Source: a virus
Virus record (IMG/VR): IMGVR_UViG_3300027822_000003
Coordinates: 1 to 62,626 of that record
Length of the DNA stretch: 62,626 bases
Direction: 5' to 3' (one strand)
Numbering within the stretch: position 1 is the first letter of the stretch; each line of letters begins with the position of its first letter. Under the pieces are notes generated by a model. The model saw only the letters and a list, made by a program, of their open reading frames with translations, searched no databases and was not told the DNA's origin. Below, in pieces: positions 24,969 to 33,390 of this stretch. A program made the position numbers and the translations under genes.

Positions 24969-25109
24969 ATGAATAAAAGTATAGGAAAAGGTTTGGCCTC
25001 AATAGGCGTGTGTTGTTTAGGAGTCGGAAGTATGTATTTTCTGGATGATTTAAAAATTTTAGGATTAATATTTCCCATCTTAGGGGTTATTGTGATCTGG
25101 AATTCATAA
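24969..25109 (+). CDS. 46-aa two-TM micro-protein
   Basis: MNKSIGKGLASIGVCCLGVGSMYFLDDLKILGLIFPILGVIVIWNS. GGGGGC upstream. Confidence 0.3.
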   Translation: MNKSIGKGLASIGVCCLGVGSMYFLDDLKILGLIFPILGVIVIWNS

Positions 25110-25131
25110 CGTAGGAGAACAGGGAGGGTAT

Positions 25132-25683
25132 ATGAAAAACGATAAGGTAATTTTTGCAAACGGTTCGGAGTCAGCAACTTACAAGGAAAACGTATCAGGC
25201 TGGATTTCACGGGATGGAACATTCTGGGGTGAAGATGAAGAGGGCGCAAGAGCGCACGGTTCGACCCATAGACGGTGCGGACATTGCGGCAACATTGTTG
25301 AGAAATACTCTTATTGTAAGATATGTGACGAAAAAGAAAAGGAAGAGCTTTTTAAGAAGATGCCTGAAAAGATTTGGAACGGAAAGGGCGTTTTATATTC
25401 CAGGGCTGAAGAGTGGTTTTATCGTGAATGGGATGGAACCAACAAGGATGGAGAGAGAGTATCCTTTAGATCAATGAAGTTTGTTTTTTGCGAGGAAGCC
25501 GAGTGGCCGGAGATTTGTGAGGATTCTTTTTATGGAGCTATGTCAGATGGCACAAAATCCACTGGGTTGTCGAGGCTGGTTAGTAATTTTAATAATGATC
25601 TGAAACATATACGCACTAATAGTTTTTTGACGGTCGATATTAGGGCTGTTTTGAGGAGGAGAATATGGACAACGAAAAAATAA
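25132..25683 (+). CDS. Zn-ribbon protein, tandem paralogue 1
   Basis: ATYKENVSGWISRDGTFWGEDEEGARAHGSTHRRCGHCG...YCKICDEK aligns along its full length with the next ORF. Confidence 0.55.
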   Translation: MKNDKVIFANGSESATYKENVSGWISRDGTFWGEDEEGARAHGSTHRRCGHCGNIVEKYSYCKICDEKEKEELFKKMPEKIWNGKGVLYSRAEEWFYREWDGTNKDGERVSFRSMKFVFCEEAEWPEICEDSFYGAMSDGTKSTGLSRLVSNFNNDLKHIRTNSFLTVDIRAVLRRRIWTTKK

Positions 25684-26195
25684 TTTTGAGTAATAGCCCC
25701 GATGCGGCAACATATAAAGAAAATCTTTCCGGATGGGTCTCTCGAACTGGCCGGTTTTGGGGAAAAGATGGGCATATGGCTAAATGGGATGGCGCAACTC
25801 ACACGAAATGCAGATGTGGTATTATTTTCCCAAAAAATTCTTACTGCAAAACGTGCGCTGAAAAGAGGAGGCTTGAAAAATTTAAAGCAAAACCTGTAAT
25901 GGTGTGGAATGGCAAAGATGCGTTATATTCTGATTCAGAAGATCGGTACTATGGAGAGTGGGAAGGTGTTAATAACGAAGATAGAAAAGTGTCTTTTGAA
26001 TCTATGAATTTTATTATTTGCGAGAGAACGGAATGGCGTGAGTTGAGCGATGATTTTTTTGAAGATTCTTTATGTGAAGATGTTGGAAATGATGAATTGA
26101 TTGATCTCATCCATGACTTCAACGAAAATTTAAAGGAAATCCAGACTAATTGCTGGGAGCCGGGGTTATATCGTGCTGTTTTGGAGGAGGAATAA
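25665..26195 (+). CDS. Zn-ribbon protein, tandem paralogue 2
   Basis: ATYKENLSGWVSRTGRFWGKDGHMAKWDGATHTKCRCG...YCKTCAEK. Has the same VSF(R/E)SM(K/N)F(V/I)(F/I)CE block as paralogue 1. Confidence 0.55.
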   Translation: MDNEKIILSNSPDAATYKENLSGWVSRTGRFWGKDGHMAKWDGATHTKCRCGIIFPKNSYCKTCAEKRRLEKFKAKPVMVWNGKDALYSDSEDRYYGEWEGVNNEDRKVSFESMNFIICERTEWRELSDDFFEDSLCEDVGNDELIDLIHDFNENLKEIQTNCWEPGLYRAVLEEE

Positions 26196-26196
26196 T

Positions 26197-26694
26197 ATGC
26201 TAACAGAAAAAGAACAAGAAAAGCTGAATGATTTTTTTCGAGATGGTGCAGAGGGGATTGAGGCAGAGCCCGAATATTGGGTGAATGGAGGTGAAGGATT
26301 GTCTTTTTGTTACGACTGTTGCGGGAAAGAAGTATCTCTGTTGAAAAAAGACGATCCTGAAAACAATGAGTACTGCTGTGTTGATGGTGGATGGATCATT
26401 GATGGCGATAGTATCCCTTATTGCGAAACTTGCGATAAATTATTAAAAAATACATTAACTTATGACGGATGTGAGGATGAAGTTAATCATTTTCTTGAAC
26501 ATGGTTTTGACCCTTGCAGCGCAAGTGATTGCTACTCGATGGAAAGAGTTATTGCCGGGAGGGGATGGGAGATAGGGGAGGAAAGGATATACCGGAACGA
26601 ATATGACAAGGAAGGAGATATTAAATATTATAAAAACCTGGAAATTTTATGTAAGAGAATTTTGAAGGAGGTTAAAAATGTTGAAAAAATATAA
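26197..26694 (+). CDS. Cys-rich hypothetical protein
   Basis: ATG 26197 after GGAGGAGG. CYDCCGKE...CETCDK clusters. Confidence 0.5.
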   Translation: MLTEKEQEKLNDFFRDGAEGIEAEPEYWVNGGEGLSFCYDCCGKEVSLLKKDDPENNEYCCVDGGWIIDGDSIPYCETCDKLLKNTLTYDGCEDEVNHFLEHGFDPCSASDCYSMERVIAGRGWEIGEERIYRNEYDKEGDIKYYKNLEILCKRILKEVKNVEKI

Positions 26695-26938
26695 AGTTTA
26701 TGATTTTGGGGTAGAGATTGTTGCGGTGGATGTAGAACGGGAAACAGATAAGATTGTTTGGATTGCAGGTAGGAGGCATCTAAAGCTGTCAGGGTGGGCA
26801 AGTTTTTTTGACACCTGGGATGAAGCAAAAAAGATGAAGATAGAATGGCAACTTGAAAAAATAAAAGAATTAAAAAGAAAGCTTAACAATGCAGAGAACG
26901 AGCTGGAGGATATTAAAAATATTAAAAAAAATAGATAA
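26678..26938 (+). CDS. hypothetical protein with C-terminal coiled coil
   Basis: 86-aa ORF. Confidence 0.5.
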   Translation: MLKKYKVYDFGVEIVAVDVERETDKIVWIAGRRHLKLSGWASFFDTWDEAKKMKIEWQLEKIKELKRKLNNAENELEDIKNIKKNR

Positions 26939-27052
26939 ATGTCTTGATTGGATTTTTCTTCGGGTAATAGTGTTATTTTGTTTTTATTTGTTAGGAATCG
27001 GAACTGGATATTTTTGGTGTTACAAGGTATTGAATGGGGGAGGGTAAATGAT

Positions 27053-27433
27053 ATGGCAACACCAATGCAGCGCACTTTGTCAGATTTGAGAAAATATAAT
27101 ATACCGTATTGGGTTGTAGAAAATTATAATCACTTTACGAAAAAACGAACAGATCTGTTTAATATTTTTGACGTTCTGGCTTTAGATAACGGTTTTGTGG
27201 GGGTCCAGGTCTGTGGGGTAGACATAGGGCCGCATAAAGAAAAGATCCTGGTGGATCATGTTGAAAATACAACTATATGGCTGAAAAATGGTGGCAGGGT
27301 TGAGGTGTGGGCGTGGCGGAAATTGAAAAAATTGAAAAAAAATGGGAAAAAGGGTAAGCAAACGATTTGGGTAGCACGTATTTTTGACGTATTATTGGTA
27401 AATAATGAATTGTATTGGGAGGAGCGAGGATGA
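27053..27433 (+). CDS. PD-(D/E)XK-like nuclease (Holliday-junction-resolvase-like candidate)
   Basis: ATG 27053 after GGGGGAGGG. The pattern ...VENYNHFTKKRTDLFNIFDVLALDNGFVGVQVCG resembles the E...D(L/I)F...D(V/I)LA...VQV core recalled from phage resolvase-like nucleases. Confidence 0.4.
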   Translation: MATPMQRTLSDLRKYNIPYWVVENYNHFTKKRTDLFNIFDVLALDNGFVGVQVCGVDIGPHKEKILVDHVENTTIWLKNGGRVEVWAWRKLKKLKKNGKKGKQTIWVARIFDVLLVNNELYWEERG

Positions 27434-27882
27434 CTAAAATAGAGTTAGCACAAGCATGTATTAACAAATACGGAGCCGAGGCACAAATGCTACATATGAT
27501 TGAAGGAATTGGAGAGTTAACTGTTGAACTTTGTCATTTAGAGCGGGGTCGATTTGTTGAAGATAAAGTCGCTGAAGAAACTGCTGATTGTTTAGCAGTT
27601 TTAGATCAGATGGACATTTTGTTTGATGTCGATAAAAATCAGAGTTTCAAAGTGTCGGATGATAACAATATAGGAAGCCTTATATCGGCAATGGGTTTTG
27701 TTCAAACTTGGCTTGGCGGCTATAAGGGTGAGCGTGGTGATAAAAGAATATTGCGAGATTTATTCCCGGAATTCCGGGCAAGGTTGATTTCGCTTAGTCA
27801 AAAAATAGGAGATAAGAGAGTCGAGGCATGGCAAAAAATTAAAGCGGACCGGATGGTTGAGAGGTTGACCCGGTGGAAATAA
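27430..27882 (+). CDS. MazG-like all-alpha NTP pyrophosphohydrolase candidate
   Basis: IEGIGELTVEL...VAEETADCLAVLDQM resembles the EExGEL...E(E/L)xD(v/c) pair of MazG helices. Confidence 0.45.
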   Translation: MTKIELAQACINKYGAEAQMLHMIEGIGELTVELCHLERGRFVEDKVAEETADCLAVLDQMDILFDVDKNQSFKVSDDNNIGSLISAMGFVQTWLGGYKGERGDKRILRDLFPEFRARLISLSQKIGDKRVEAWQKIKADRMVERLTRWK

Positions 27883-28454
27883 AAAAGGGGAAAAAATATA
27901 AAGTTATTTGTCCCGTTTGCAAAAACCCGCGGCTTGTATCAAAACAATCAAAACAAATGATTGATAGTGGTGTAAGTTCTGGACGATGCAGGAGGTGCGG
28001 CTATGAAAGCATGAGGAACAAAAACTATAAAAATGGCAGGGAATATGAAATAATTTGTCCTGTTTGCAAAAAACCGCGGCCTGTTTCGAAACAGTCAAAA
28101 CAAAGGTTTGACAATGGTACGAGTTCAGGACGCTGTGCCAGTTGCGGAATACGCGCAGCGAAACGAAGAAAAAGATTGGCTATAGAGAGTTATCTTGAGG
28201 AAGAAATTTCTGCACCTCCCAACAAGAAAATGAAAAATTGCGGGTGTGAGTTAACATCCACTGCTGAGCAAAAAATCGATGGCCTCCCATTTTTCCAAAA
28301 ATGCGAATGGTTTTATAAGTGTGCGAATAGTTCGGAATGTTTGGGCGAGGTCGCGCGGGAAAAATGGTTAGGGTGGGAGGCTGATGGTAAGGGGTTTAAG
28401 GGAAAACAGAAAGAAGATATTCTTGACACGGTAAGAATGAGCGAGGCTTGCTAA
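27873..28454 (+). CDS. protein with duplicated zinc-ribbon module
   Basis: YKVICPVCKNPRLVSKQSKQMIDSGVSSGRCRRCG is repeated as YEIICPVCKKPRPVSKQSKQRFDNGTSSGRCASCG. Confidence 0.55.
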   Translation: MEIKKGKKYKVICPVCKNPRLVSKQSKQMIDSGVSSGRCRRCGYESMRNKNYKNGREYEIICPVCKKPRPVSKQSKQRFDNGTSSGRCASCGIRAAKRRKRLAIESYLEEEISAPPNKKMKNCGCELTSTAEQKIDGLPFFQKCEWFYKCANSSECLGEVAREKWLGWEADGKGFKGKQKEDILDTVRMSEAC

Positions 28455-28455
28455 T

Positions 28456-28671
28456 ATGTATGGAGTGAAAAAAGCAGAGCGAAAAATATTGGTCAAGGCG
28501 CCGTATAATTATAATCCGGATAATATTAATATACTTGAGATTGAAAGCGATAAGGCCCGGAAAGGTATACCAATCGATTTCGAAGTCGCAATTGCAGTAT
28601 GTAACTACCAATCAGATTTACAAAAAATCAGGAAACGTAAAAAGTGGTGGCGATTTTGGGGTAGGACTTAA
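28456..28671 (+). CDS. hypothetical protein
   Basis: 71-aa ORF. Confidence 0.45.
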   Translation: MYGVKKAERKILVKAPYNYNPDNINILEIESDKARKGIPIDFEVAIAVCNYQSDLQKIRKRKKWWRFWGRT

Positions 28672-28741
28672 TAAATTTAATAATGATTGGGAATGCCATT
28701 TTTAAATTTTACTATTGTTATATTCCCGGAGAGAAAACAAA

Positions 28742-28927
28742 ATGAATATTGAACATAAAATAATGAGAAACTATCCTCGGGAACTTCTTCATAAATTTGA
28801 AATGACAACTCCTTATATTCCGCGTGAAGGTGATATTGTGTGGGTCAAAGAAAAAGAGTTTCGAGTGACCAGCATCCATCACCACATAAAAGAAAAAATA
28901 GTTATTATTAATGTAAATGAACACTAA
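28742..28927 (+). CDS. hypothetical protein
   Basis: ATG 28742 lies 7 nt after GGAGAG. 61 aa. Confidence 0.45.
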   Translation: MNIEHKIMRNYPRELLHKFEMTTPYIPREGDIVWVKEKEFRVTSIHHHIKEKIVIINVNEH

Positions 28928-28976
28928 GTGACATCCGCCTTAACAAAAATTATTATTTAATTATGGAGTTATTTTA

Positions 28977-29363
28977 ATGGAAAATAAAAGAATATACCTT
29001 GCATGTCCATATTCGCATAGCTTTAAAGATGTGCGAAAAGACCGTGCGAAGTTCGCAACTCAGGTTACAGGCCGGTTAATGAAAGCCGGTTTAATTGTCT
29101 ATTCGCCCATTACGCACGGGCATGGAGTAGCCGTTGAGTGTGGGTTGCCGGGCGACTGTGTTTATTGGTCAAAAAATACAGAGTCATTTATATGTTGGTG
29201 TACGGATATTTTTGTGGTGTGCATCCCAGGATGGCAGGAGTCGGGAGGTGTGCAAGAAGAGATTTTTTTGGCTGAGAAAATGGGGAAAAATCTTGTTTAC
29301 TTGCGGCCCGGGAATTATTTTTTTGATGGTTTTTTTTCAAAAGGTATAAGTGATGAGGGATAA
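28977..29363 (+). CDS. DUF1937 / nucleoside 2-deoxyribosyltransferase-like protein
   Basis: IYLACPYSH...VYSPITHGH...DIFVVCIPGWQESGGVQEEIFLAEKMGK matches the recalled DUF1937 signature (iYlAsPYs...SPi.h...GW..S.G...Ei..A). Confidence 0.6.
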   Translation: MENKRIYLACPYSHSFKDVRKDRAKFATQVTGRLMKAGLIVYSPITHGHGVAVECGLPGDCVYWSKNTESFICWCTDIFVVCIPGWQESGGVQEEIFLAEKMGKNLVYLRPGNYFFDGFFSKGISDEG

Positions 29364-29547
29364 GGGAGATATGGATACTAACGAATTAAGAAAAGCAGCA
29401 AATTGTATATTTATCGCAACTGATAAGAAGACGGCTCAAGATATATCAGAAAAATTAAATGCGGCTGCGGATGAAATTGATATGCTCAGAATTAAATTAA
29501 ATGCGGCTGGCCGAAATTTAGGCCGTGATGAGGGCCAAGAATTATGA
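29350..29547 (+). CDS. hypothetical protein
   Basis: 65-aa ORF. The exact start is uncertain (GTG 29350, ATG 29353 or ATG 29371). Confidence 0.4.
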   Translation: MMRDKGDMDTNELRKAANCIFIATDKKTAQDISEKLNAAADEIDMLRIKLNAAGRNLGRDEGQEL

Positions 29548-29711
29548 GCCGGAATATACGAAAAAAGAAAAAGACACTGCGAGAAAAAAAAGCAGCTTTT
29601 AATAATGAAAAAACAGATTTTGAAAAAAGCGTTAAACAGAAACGGCGTGAAAAGGAAGAGAAACGGAAAAGGGCGAAGCAAGCCTTAAATAAAGAGCTTG
29701 CTTCTTTTTAA
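29544..29711 (+). CDS. 55-aa highly basic protein
   Basis: MSRNIRKKKKTLREKKAAFNNEK...KRREKEEKRKRAKQ. ATGA overlap with the upstream stop. Confidence 0.35.
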   Translation: MSRNIRKKKKTLREKKAAFNNEKTDFEKSVKQKRREKEEKRKRAKQALNKELASF

Positions 29712-29714
29712 GAA

Positions 29715-29936
29715 TTATAGCTGGGAGGCTTCTAATGCCTCCCGGCACATGTGGTATTGTCCGATGACATCCATCCGCCTTGAGAGGCTGTCACCTGTAT
29801 GGGGCAGTCCGTTTAGATGCATGAATTGATCATTGTAGATGGCCATAGCCTTTTTAAGTTCCCGGCGGTCGGAATCGGTTGCTTTTGAGCCATAAGTTTT
29901 TGCCTCCGCTAATGTTTTGAAATTATACTTTTTCAT
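29715..29936 (-). CDS. 73-aa protein, paralogue of 30137-30358
   Basis: Shares (Y/F)(N/K)FKT.AEA...G..AT......L........ND.......LP.T......R.D.I..Y..CREAL with its paralogue. Confidence 0.5.
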   Translation of the reverse strand: MKKYNFKTLAEAKTYGSKATDSDRRELKKAMAIYNDQFMHLNGLPHTGDSLSRRMDVIGQYHMCREALEASQL

Positions 29937-29938
29937 TT

Positions 29939-30127
29939 TTAACCCTCCCTTACTTTTAAAATTGTATTAAGCAACTCTTCTTTTGATAATCCTGTAAATT
30001 TTTGCCCTGTTTTTGCAACAAATATATCAAAAGTTTCAACCCAAAAAGTAACAAGATATTTTTTCCCATCTATTATTCGGGTACAACCGTGGTCGATGTT
30101 CTCTATTTCTTTTTTGATCTTTTCCAT
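29939..30127 (-). CDS. hypothetical 62-aa protein
   Basis: ORF tightly packed between the two paralogues. Confidence 0.45.
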   Translation of the reverse strand: MEKIKKEIENIDHGCTRIIDGKKYLVTFWVETFDIFVAKTGQKFTGLSKEELLNTILKVREG

Positions 30128-30136
30128 CTTTATATC

Positions 30137-30358
30137 CTATCGTAGAGCAGCGTAGCACAACGCTTCTCTGCACCTTTGTTGATAGTTTATTAGATCGAGC
30201 CTGCGCTCGAAATTTTCTATAGTATCCGGCAACGTCTTCAACCAATCATAGTGATCGTTTAAAATCATTATTACGTACCTTAGATAAGCAATATCTTTTT
30301 TTGTCGCTTGCTTGCCGAAGCGTTCAGCCTCGGCAGGTGTTTTAAATTTAAAATCCAT
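30137..30358 (-). CDS. 73-aa protein, paralogue of 29715-29936
   Basis: See 29715-29936. Confidence 0.5.
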   Translation of the reverse strand: MDFKFKTPAEAERFGKQATKKDIAYLRYVIMILNDHYDWLKTLPDTIENFERRLDLINYQQRCREALCYAALR

Positions 30359-30376
30359 TTTCCCTCCTTTTTCTTA

Positions 30377-30589
30377 TTAATTAAAATTAAACCAGAATTT
30401 TTCCTCAATAGCCTTGTAGGCCCATTCTATGGTAGTTTCAGATGTATCTGATAGGAACTCAAGTTTTAGGTAAGGCGGATCCCCTTCAAACCAGATGTTT
30501 ACAGTTCCAGGCTCAATTCCGGATTCTGCATCATAAAGTAATTCATAAACTTGCTCTAATTCTTCAATTTCTGTGATTTCTGTTTTCAT
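30377..30589 (-). CDS. 70-aa strongly acidic protein
   Basis: ATG 30589 lies 8 nt after AAGGAG. MKTEITEIEELEQVYELLYDAESGIEPG... is Asp/Glu-rich. Confidence 0.45.
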   Translation of the reverse strand: MKTEITEIEELEQVYELLYDAESGIEPGTVNIWFEGDPPYLKLEFLSDTSETTIEWAYKAIEEKFWFNFN

Positions 30590-30626
30590 TTTATTTGCTC
30601 CTTTGTTTGTTATTGTGAAATGGCAA

Positions 30627-30935
30627 TTAAAAAATTGGCATAAATGCTTCTGTCGTAAATTCGCCAGAAATAGGATCATTAAAATCTAAATACCCAGGGT
30701 TTAGAATAGTTAAAATATTTTTTAACCATTCAACTGTAATTTTCTCAGGCCGGGAAAACTTTATTAAATCTTTTTTTGCTTTTTCGAGACCATTTTTTTG
30801 CGCGTATTTATTTCCTGCTACTCTTATAATAGATAAAATGTCAGAATCGTTAACTCTATCATCGTTAATTAAGAAAATAGCCATTTCATCTATTTTATCA
30901 AAAGATAGTATTCCTTCATCTTTTTTATCCATCAT
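30627..30935 (-). CDS. hypothetical 102-aa protein (first gene of the reverse island)
   Basis: AAGGAG RBS upstream. Confidence 0.5.
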   Translation of the reverse strand: MMDKKDEGILSFDKIDEMAIFLINDDRVNDSDILSIIRVAGNKYAQKNGLEKAKKDLIKFSRPEKITVEWLKNILTILNPGYLDFNDPISGEFTTEAFMPIF

Positions 30936-30991
30936 TTTATTTTCTCCTTTTTTTTGCGCCCCGGTTATCGTTGCGCTTTATCTATGTATAC

Positions 30992-31007
30992 TGCTACTTG
31001 CGTGCCA
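30992..31007 (-). promoter_or_regulatory. sigma54-like -24/-12 element (TGGCAC-N5-TAGCA)
   Basis: Minus sense reads tGGcacgcaagtaGCa with the canonical GG-N10-GC spacing, about 57 nt upstream of ATG 30935. A tandem aaaaagtaat x2 lies at 31016-31035 just upstream. Confidence 0.3.
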
Positions 31008-31122
31008 GACTTTCGAAAAAGTAATAAAAAGTAATAAAATAAATTAGATTTATAACAATATTAGGTAGTTATTGGTAAAAATAAGTTTTAAATTGATTTG
31101 GCAAGAGTTGCAACCAGGTGGG

Positions 31123-31151
31123 TTGAAAAAGGTGCTATCGTCTGATAAAAT
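31123..31151 (+). promoter_or_regulatory. sigma70-like promoter ahead of the packaging/late genes (TTGAAA-N17-TAAAAT)
   Basis: ttgaaa at 31123-31128, a 17-nt spacer, then taaaat at 31146-31151. Confidence 0.4.
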
Positions 31152-31191
31152 AGAAAATAGTTAATAATTTTATATACTTATAAGTTATAGA

Positions 31192-31228
31192 CATTTTCGC
31201 CGATTGGCCATTTTCGCCTGGTGGCCAT
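31192..31228. repeat. 2.2 tandem copies of a 17-bp unit just upstream of terS (pac or terminase-recognition candidate)
   Basis: cattttcgccgattggc, then cattttcgcctggtggc, then cat. Confidence 0.35.
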
Positions 31229-31302
31229 ATTTTAATTTAAAATGGACTTTTTGTCTGAAATATTGGTTGACTTTAAATAAGATGGTTGATAGGGGGGAGG
31301 GT

Positions 31303-31830
31303 ATGAAAGGAAAAGAGTCTACAAAAAAAGAGCGAGTATCTAAATTAAACGTGTGGTTGAAACATTATTTGAATGAAAATTGCTCTACAACTTTTTTAAA
31401 TAAGACCGAATCTGCAAAGGCTGCAAAATATAAATGCAATGGCGATGATTCTTTCCGAGTCATAGGTTCTCAAAACTTTTCAAAACTTACCGACAAGATT
31501 TCTAAATGGCTTGACGAACATGGCTTAAGTGAAAATGCTTTAAAAATTAAGATGTTATCACTCATGCAGGTTAAAGAAACAAAGTTTTTCTCAGCTCCCA
31601 TTAAAGACGAAAATGGGATTGTTGTTGATATTTTTGTTAAGGAAATTGATGTTGAAGCTATTGAAACGCAGCGAAAAACACTCGATATGGCGTTAAAAGT
31701 CAGAGGCATGAATGCTCCGACTAAGCATGAATTGACAGGAAAAGATGGTCAAGCATTGTTTCAAAATATGACGGATGAAGAAATTGATCAGAAAATTGCT
31801 GAAAAAATTATTGAGCAAAAGAAAAAATAG
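31303..31830 (+). CDS. terS: terminase small subunit
   Basis: ATG after GGGGGGAGGG. Immediately upstream of terL. An N-terminal HTH-like region (TFLNKTESAKAAKY) is followed by a helical oligomerisation-like region. Confidence 0.6.
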   Translation: MKGKESTKKERVSKLNVWLKHYLNENCSTTFLNKTESAKAAKYKCNGDDSFRVIGSQNFSKLTDKISKWLDEHGLSENALKIKMLSLMQVKETKFFSAPIKDENGIVVDIFVKEIDVEAIETQRKTLDMALKVRGMNAPTKHELTGKDGQALFQNMTDEEIDQKIAEKIIEQKKK

Positions 31831-31935
31831 TGTAAGTATTTAATTTTATTTATAAAAAGCATCGGCTTCCTGGGAGGCCGTAGAACTGGAGATTTTAAAA
31901 AAGGAATAGTAAGGGTCATATAAATTTTATTTAGA

Positions 31936-33390
31936 ATGATGAGTAGAGCTGATAAAATAGAATTATTGCATTTATTTTCTGAAAAAGAGCGTAGAGCAGG
32001 ATTGCGGTTGCTTTATACACTTTACCCAGATACAGGAACCTTGCGGCGTGAATTGTATAAACCGCATAATGATTTTTTTTCAGCAGGAGCAACATATAAA
32101 GAACGTGCGATGATTTCTGCCAACCGGGTTGGGAAAACCTTCGGAGTTGGGGGCTATGAATTATCGTTACATTTGACAGGTAAATATCCAGAATGGTGGG
32201 AGGGAAAAAGATTTGAAAAACCGATTTCAGCGTGGGCTGCCGGGGATACCTCCCAAACCGTTCGTGATATTATTCAAAAAAAACTTTTAGGGCCGGTCGG
32301 AGAGTATGGGACAGGACTTATCCCCGGCGAACTATTAATTAGTACAAAAAATAAAGGCGGGAGTGTTCCTGATACAGTTGAATCAATCGCAGTAAAACAT
32401 ATTTCAGGTGGAACGTCATACGTAGGTTTAAAATCATATGATCAGAAAAGAAAATCATTTCAGGGGACAGAGCAAGACGTTATATGGTTAGACGAAGAGC
32501 CGAGTCTAGATATATATTCAGAATGTCTCTTGCGGACTATGACCACAGATGGCCTTATCATGTGTACTTTTACGCCGTTAATGGGCTTATCTCAGACGGT
32601 CTTGTCCTTTATGCCAGGCGGAAAAATTCCAGACAATTATGAAAAAACAGGGAAGTTTGTTGTCAACGCCACCTGGGATGATGCTCCGCACTTAACCGCT
32701 CAACAAAAAGAAGAACTTTTTAAATCAATCCCTCCTTATCAGCGTGAAGCGCGAGCGAAAGGGATTCCGCAGCTTGGTGCAGGGGCTATTTACCCAATTC
32801 AGGAGGAAGACATTACAGTCGATCCGTTTGTAATTCCCCCAAACTGGAAAAAGGTTTATGCCTTGGATGTTGGGTGGAATAGAACGGCAGCTCTGTGGGG
32901 GGCCTGGGATGAGCAGAGCGATGTAATATATATTTTTTCAGAGCATTATAGGGGACAAGCTGAACCAGTTGTACATGCTGAAGGTGTTAAGGCAAGGGGT
33001 GCGTGGATACCTGGCGTAATTGATCCGGCAGCGAGAGGCAGAAGTCAGGAAGATGGGAAACGATTAATTGATCAATATGTCAATCAAGGGCTGAATCTCT
33101 CTTTTGCGAAAAATGCAGTTGAAGCCGGGCTCTTGAACGTATGGCAACGGTTATCGACCGGCAGATTAAAGCTTTTTCGGGGGTTACAAAACTTTTTTGC
33201 TGAATATCGTATTTATAGACGGAATGAAAAAGGCGATATTGTGAAAGAAAATGATCACTTAATGGATTGTTTGCGTTATCTTTGCATGTCAGGGATAGAT
33301 GTAGCGACAACAGCCCCCCCAGAATTTTGGGAAAACAATAATTTTAATAAATACCAACAAGATTCCATAGATAGTGTCACGGGTTATTAA
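31936..33390 (+). CDS. terL: terminase large subunit
   Basis: Walker A-like NRVGKT. Walker B VIWLDEEP. Nuclease-half motifs YALDVGWN and NDHLMDCLRY. 484 aa. Confidence 0.9.
   Translation: MMSRADKIELLHLFSEKERRAGLRLLYTLYPDTGTLRRELYKPHNDFFSAGATYKERAMISANRVGKTFGVGGYELSLHLTGKYPEWWEGKRFEKPISAWAAGDTSQTVRDIIQKKLLGPVGEYGTGLIPGELLISTKNKGGSVPDTVESIAVKHISGGTSYVGLKSYDQKRKSFQGTEQDVIWLDEEPSLDIYSECLLRTMTTDGLIMCTFTPLMGLSQTVLSFMPGGKIPDNYEKTGKFVVNATWDDAPHLTAQQKEELFKSIPPYQREARAKGIPQLGAGAIYPIQEEDITVDPFVIPPNWKKVYALDVGWNRTAALWGAWDEQSDVIYIFSEHYRGQAEPVVHAEGVKARGAWIPGVIDPAARGRSQEDGKRLIDQYVNQGLNLSFAKNAVEAGLLNVWQRLSTGRLKLFRGLQNFFAEYRIYRRNEKGDIVKENDHLMDCLRYLCMSGIDVATTAPPEFWENNNFNKYQQDSIDSVTGY

Noticed and set aside
29721-29745. 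Hairpin ctgggaggc-ttctaat-gcctcccgg at the convergent gene junction, considered as a terminator
   Set aside because: It lies inside the last codons of 29715-29936 and lacks a downstream U-tract in the + sense. It may contribute to convergent termination but cannot be called.
31868-31890. Hairpin cggcttcctgggaggccg after terS, considered as a terminator
   Set aside because: The stem contains a wobble and a very short loop, there is no U-tract, and terL must be co-transcribed. It is probably incidental.
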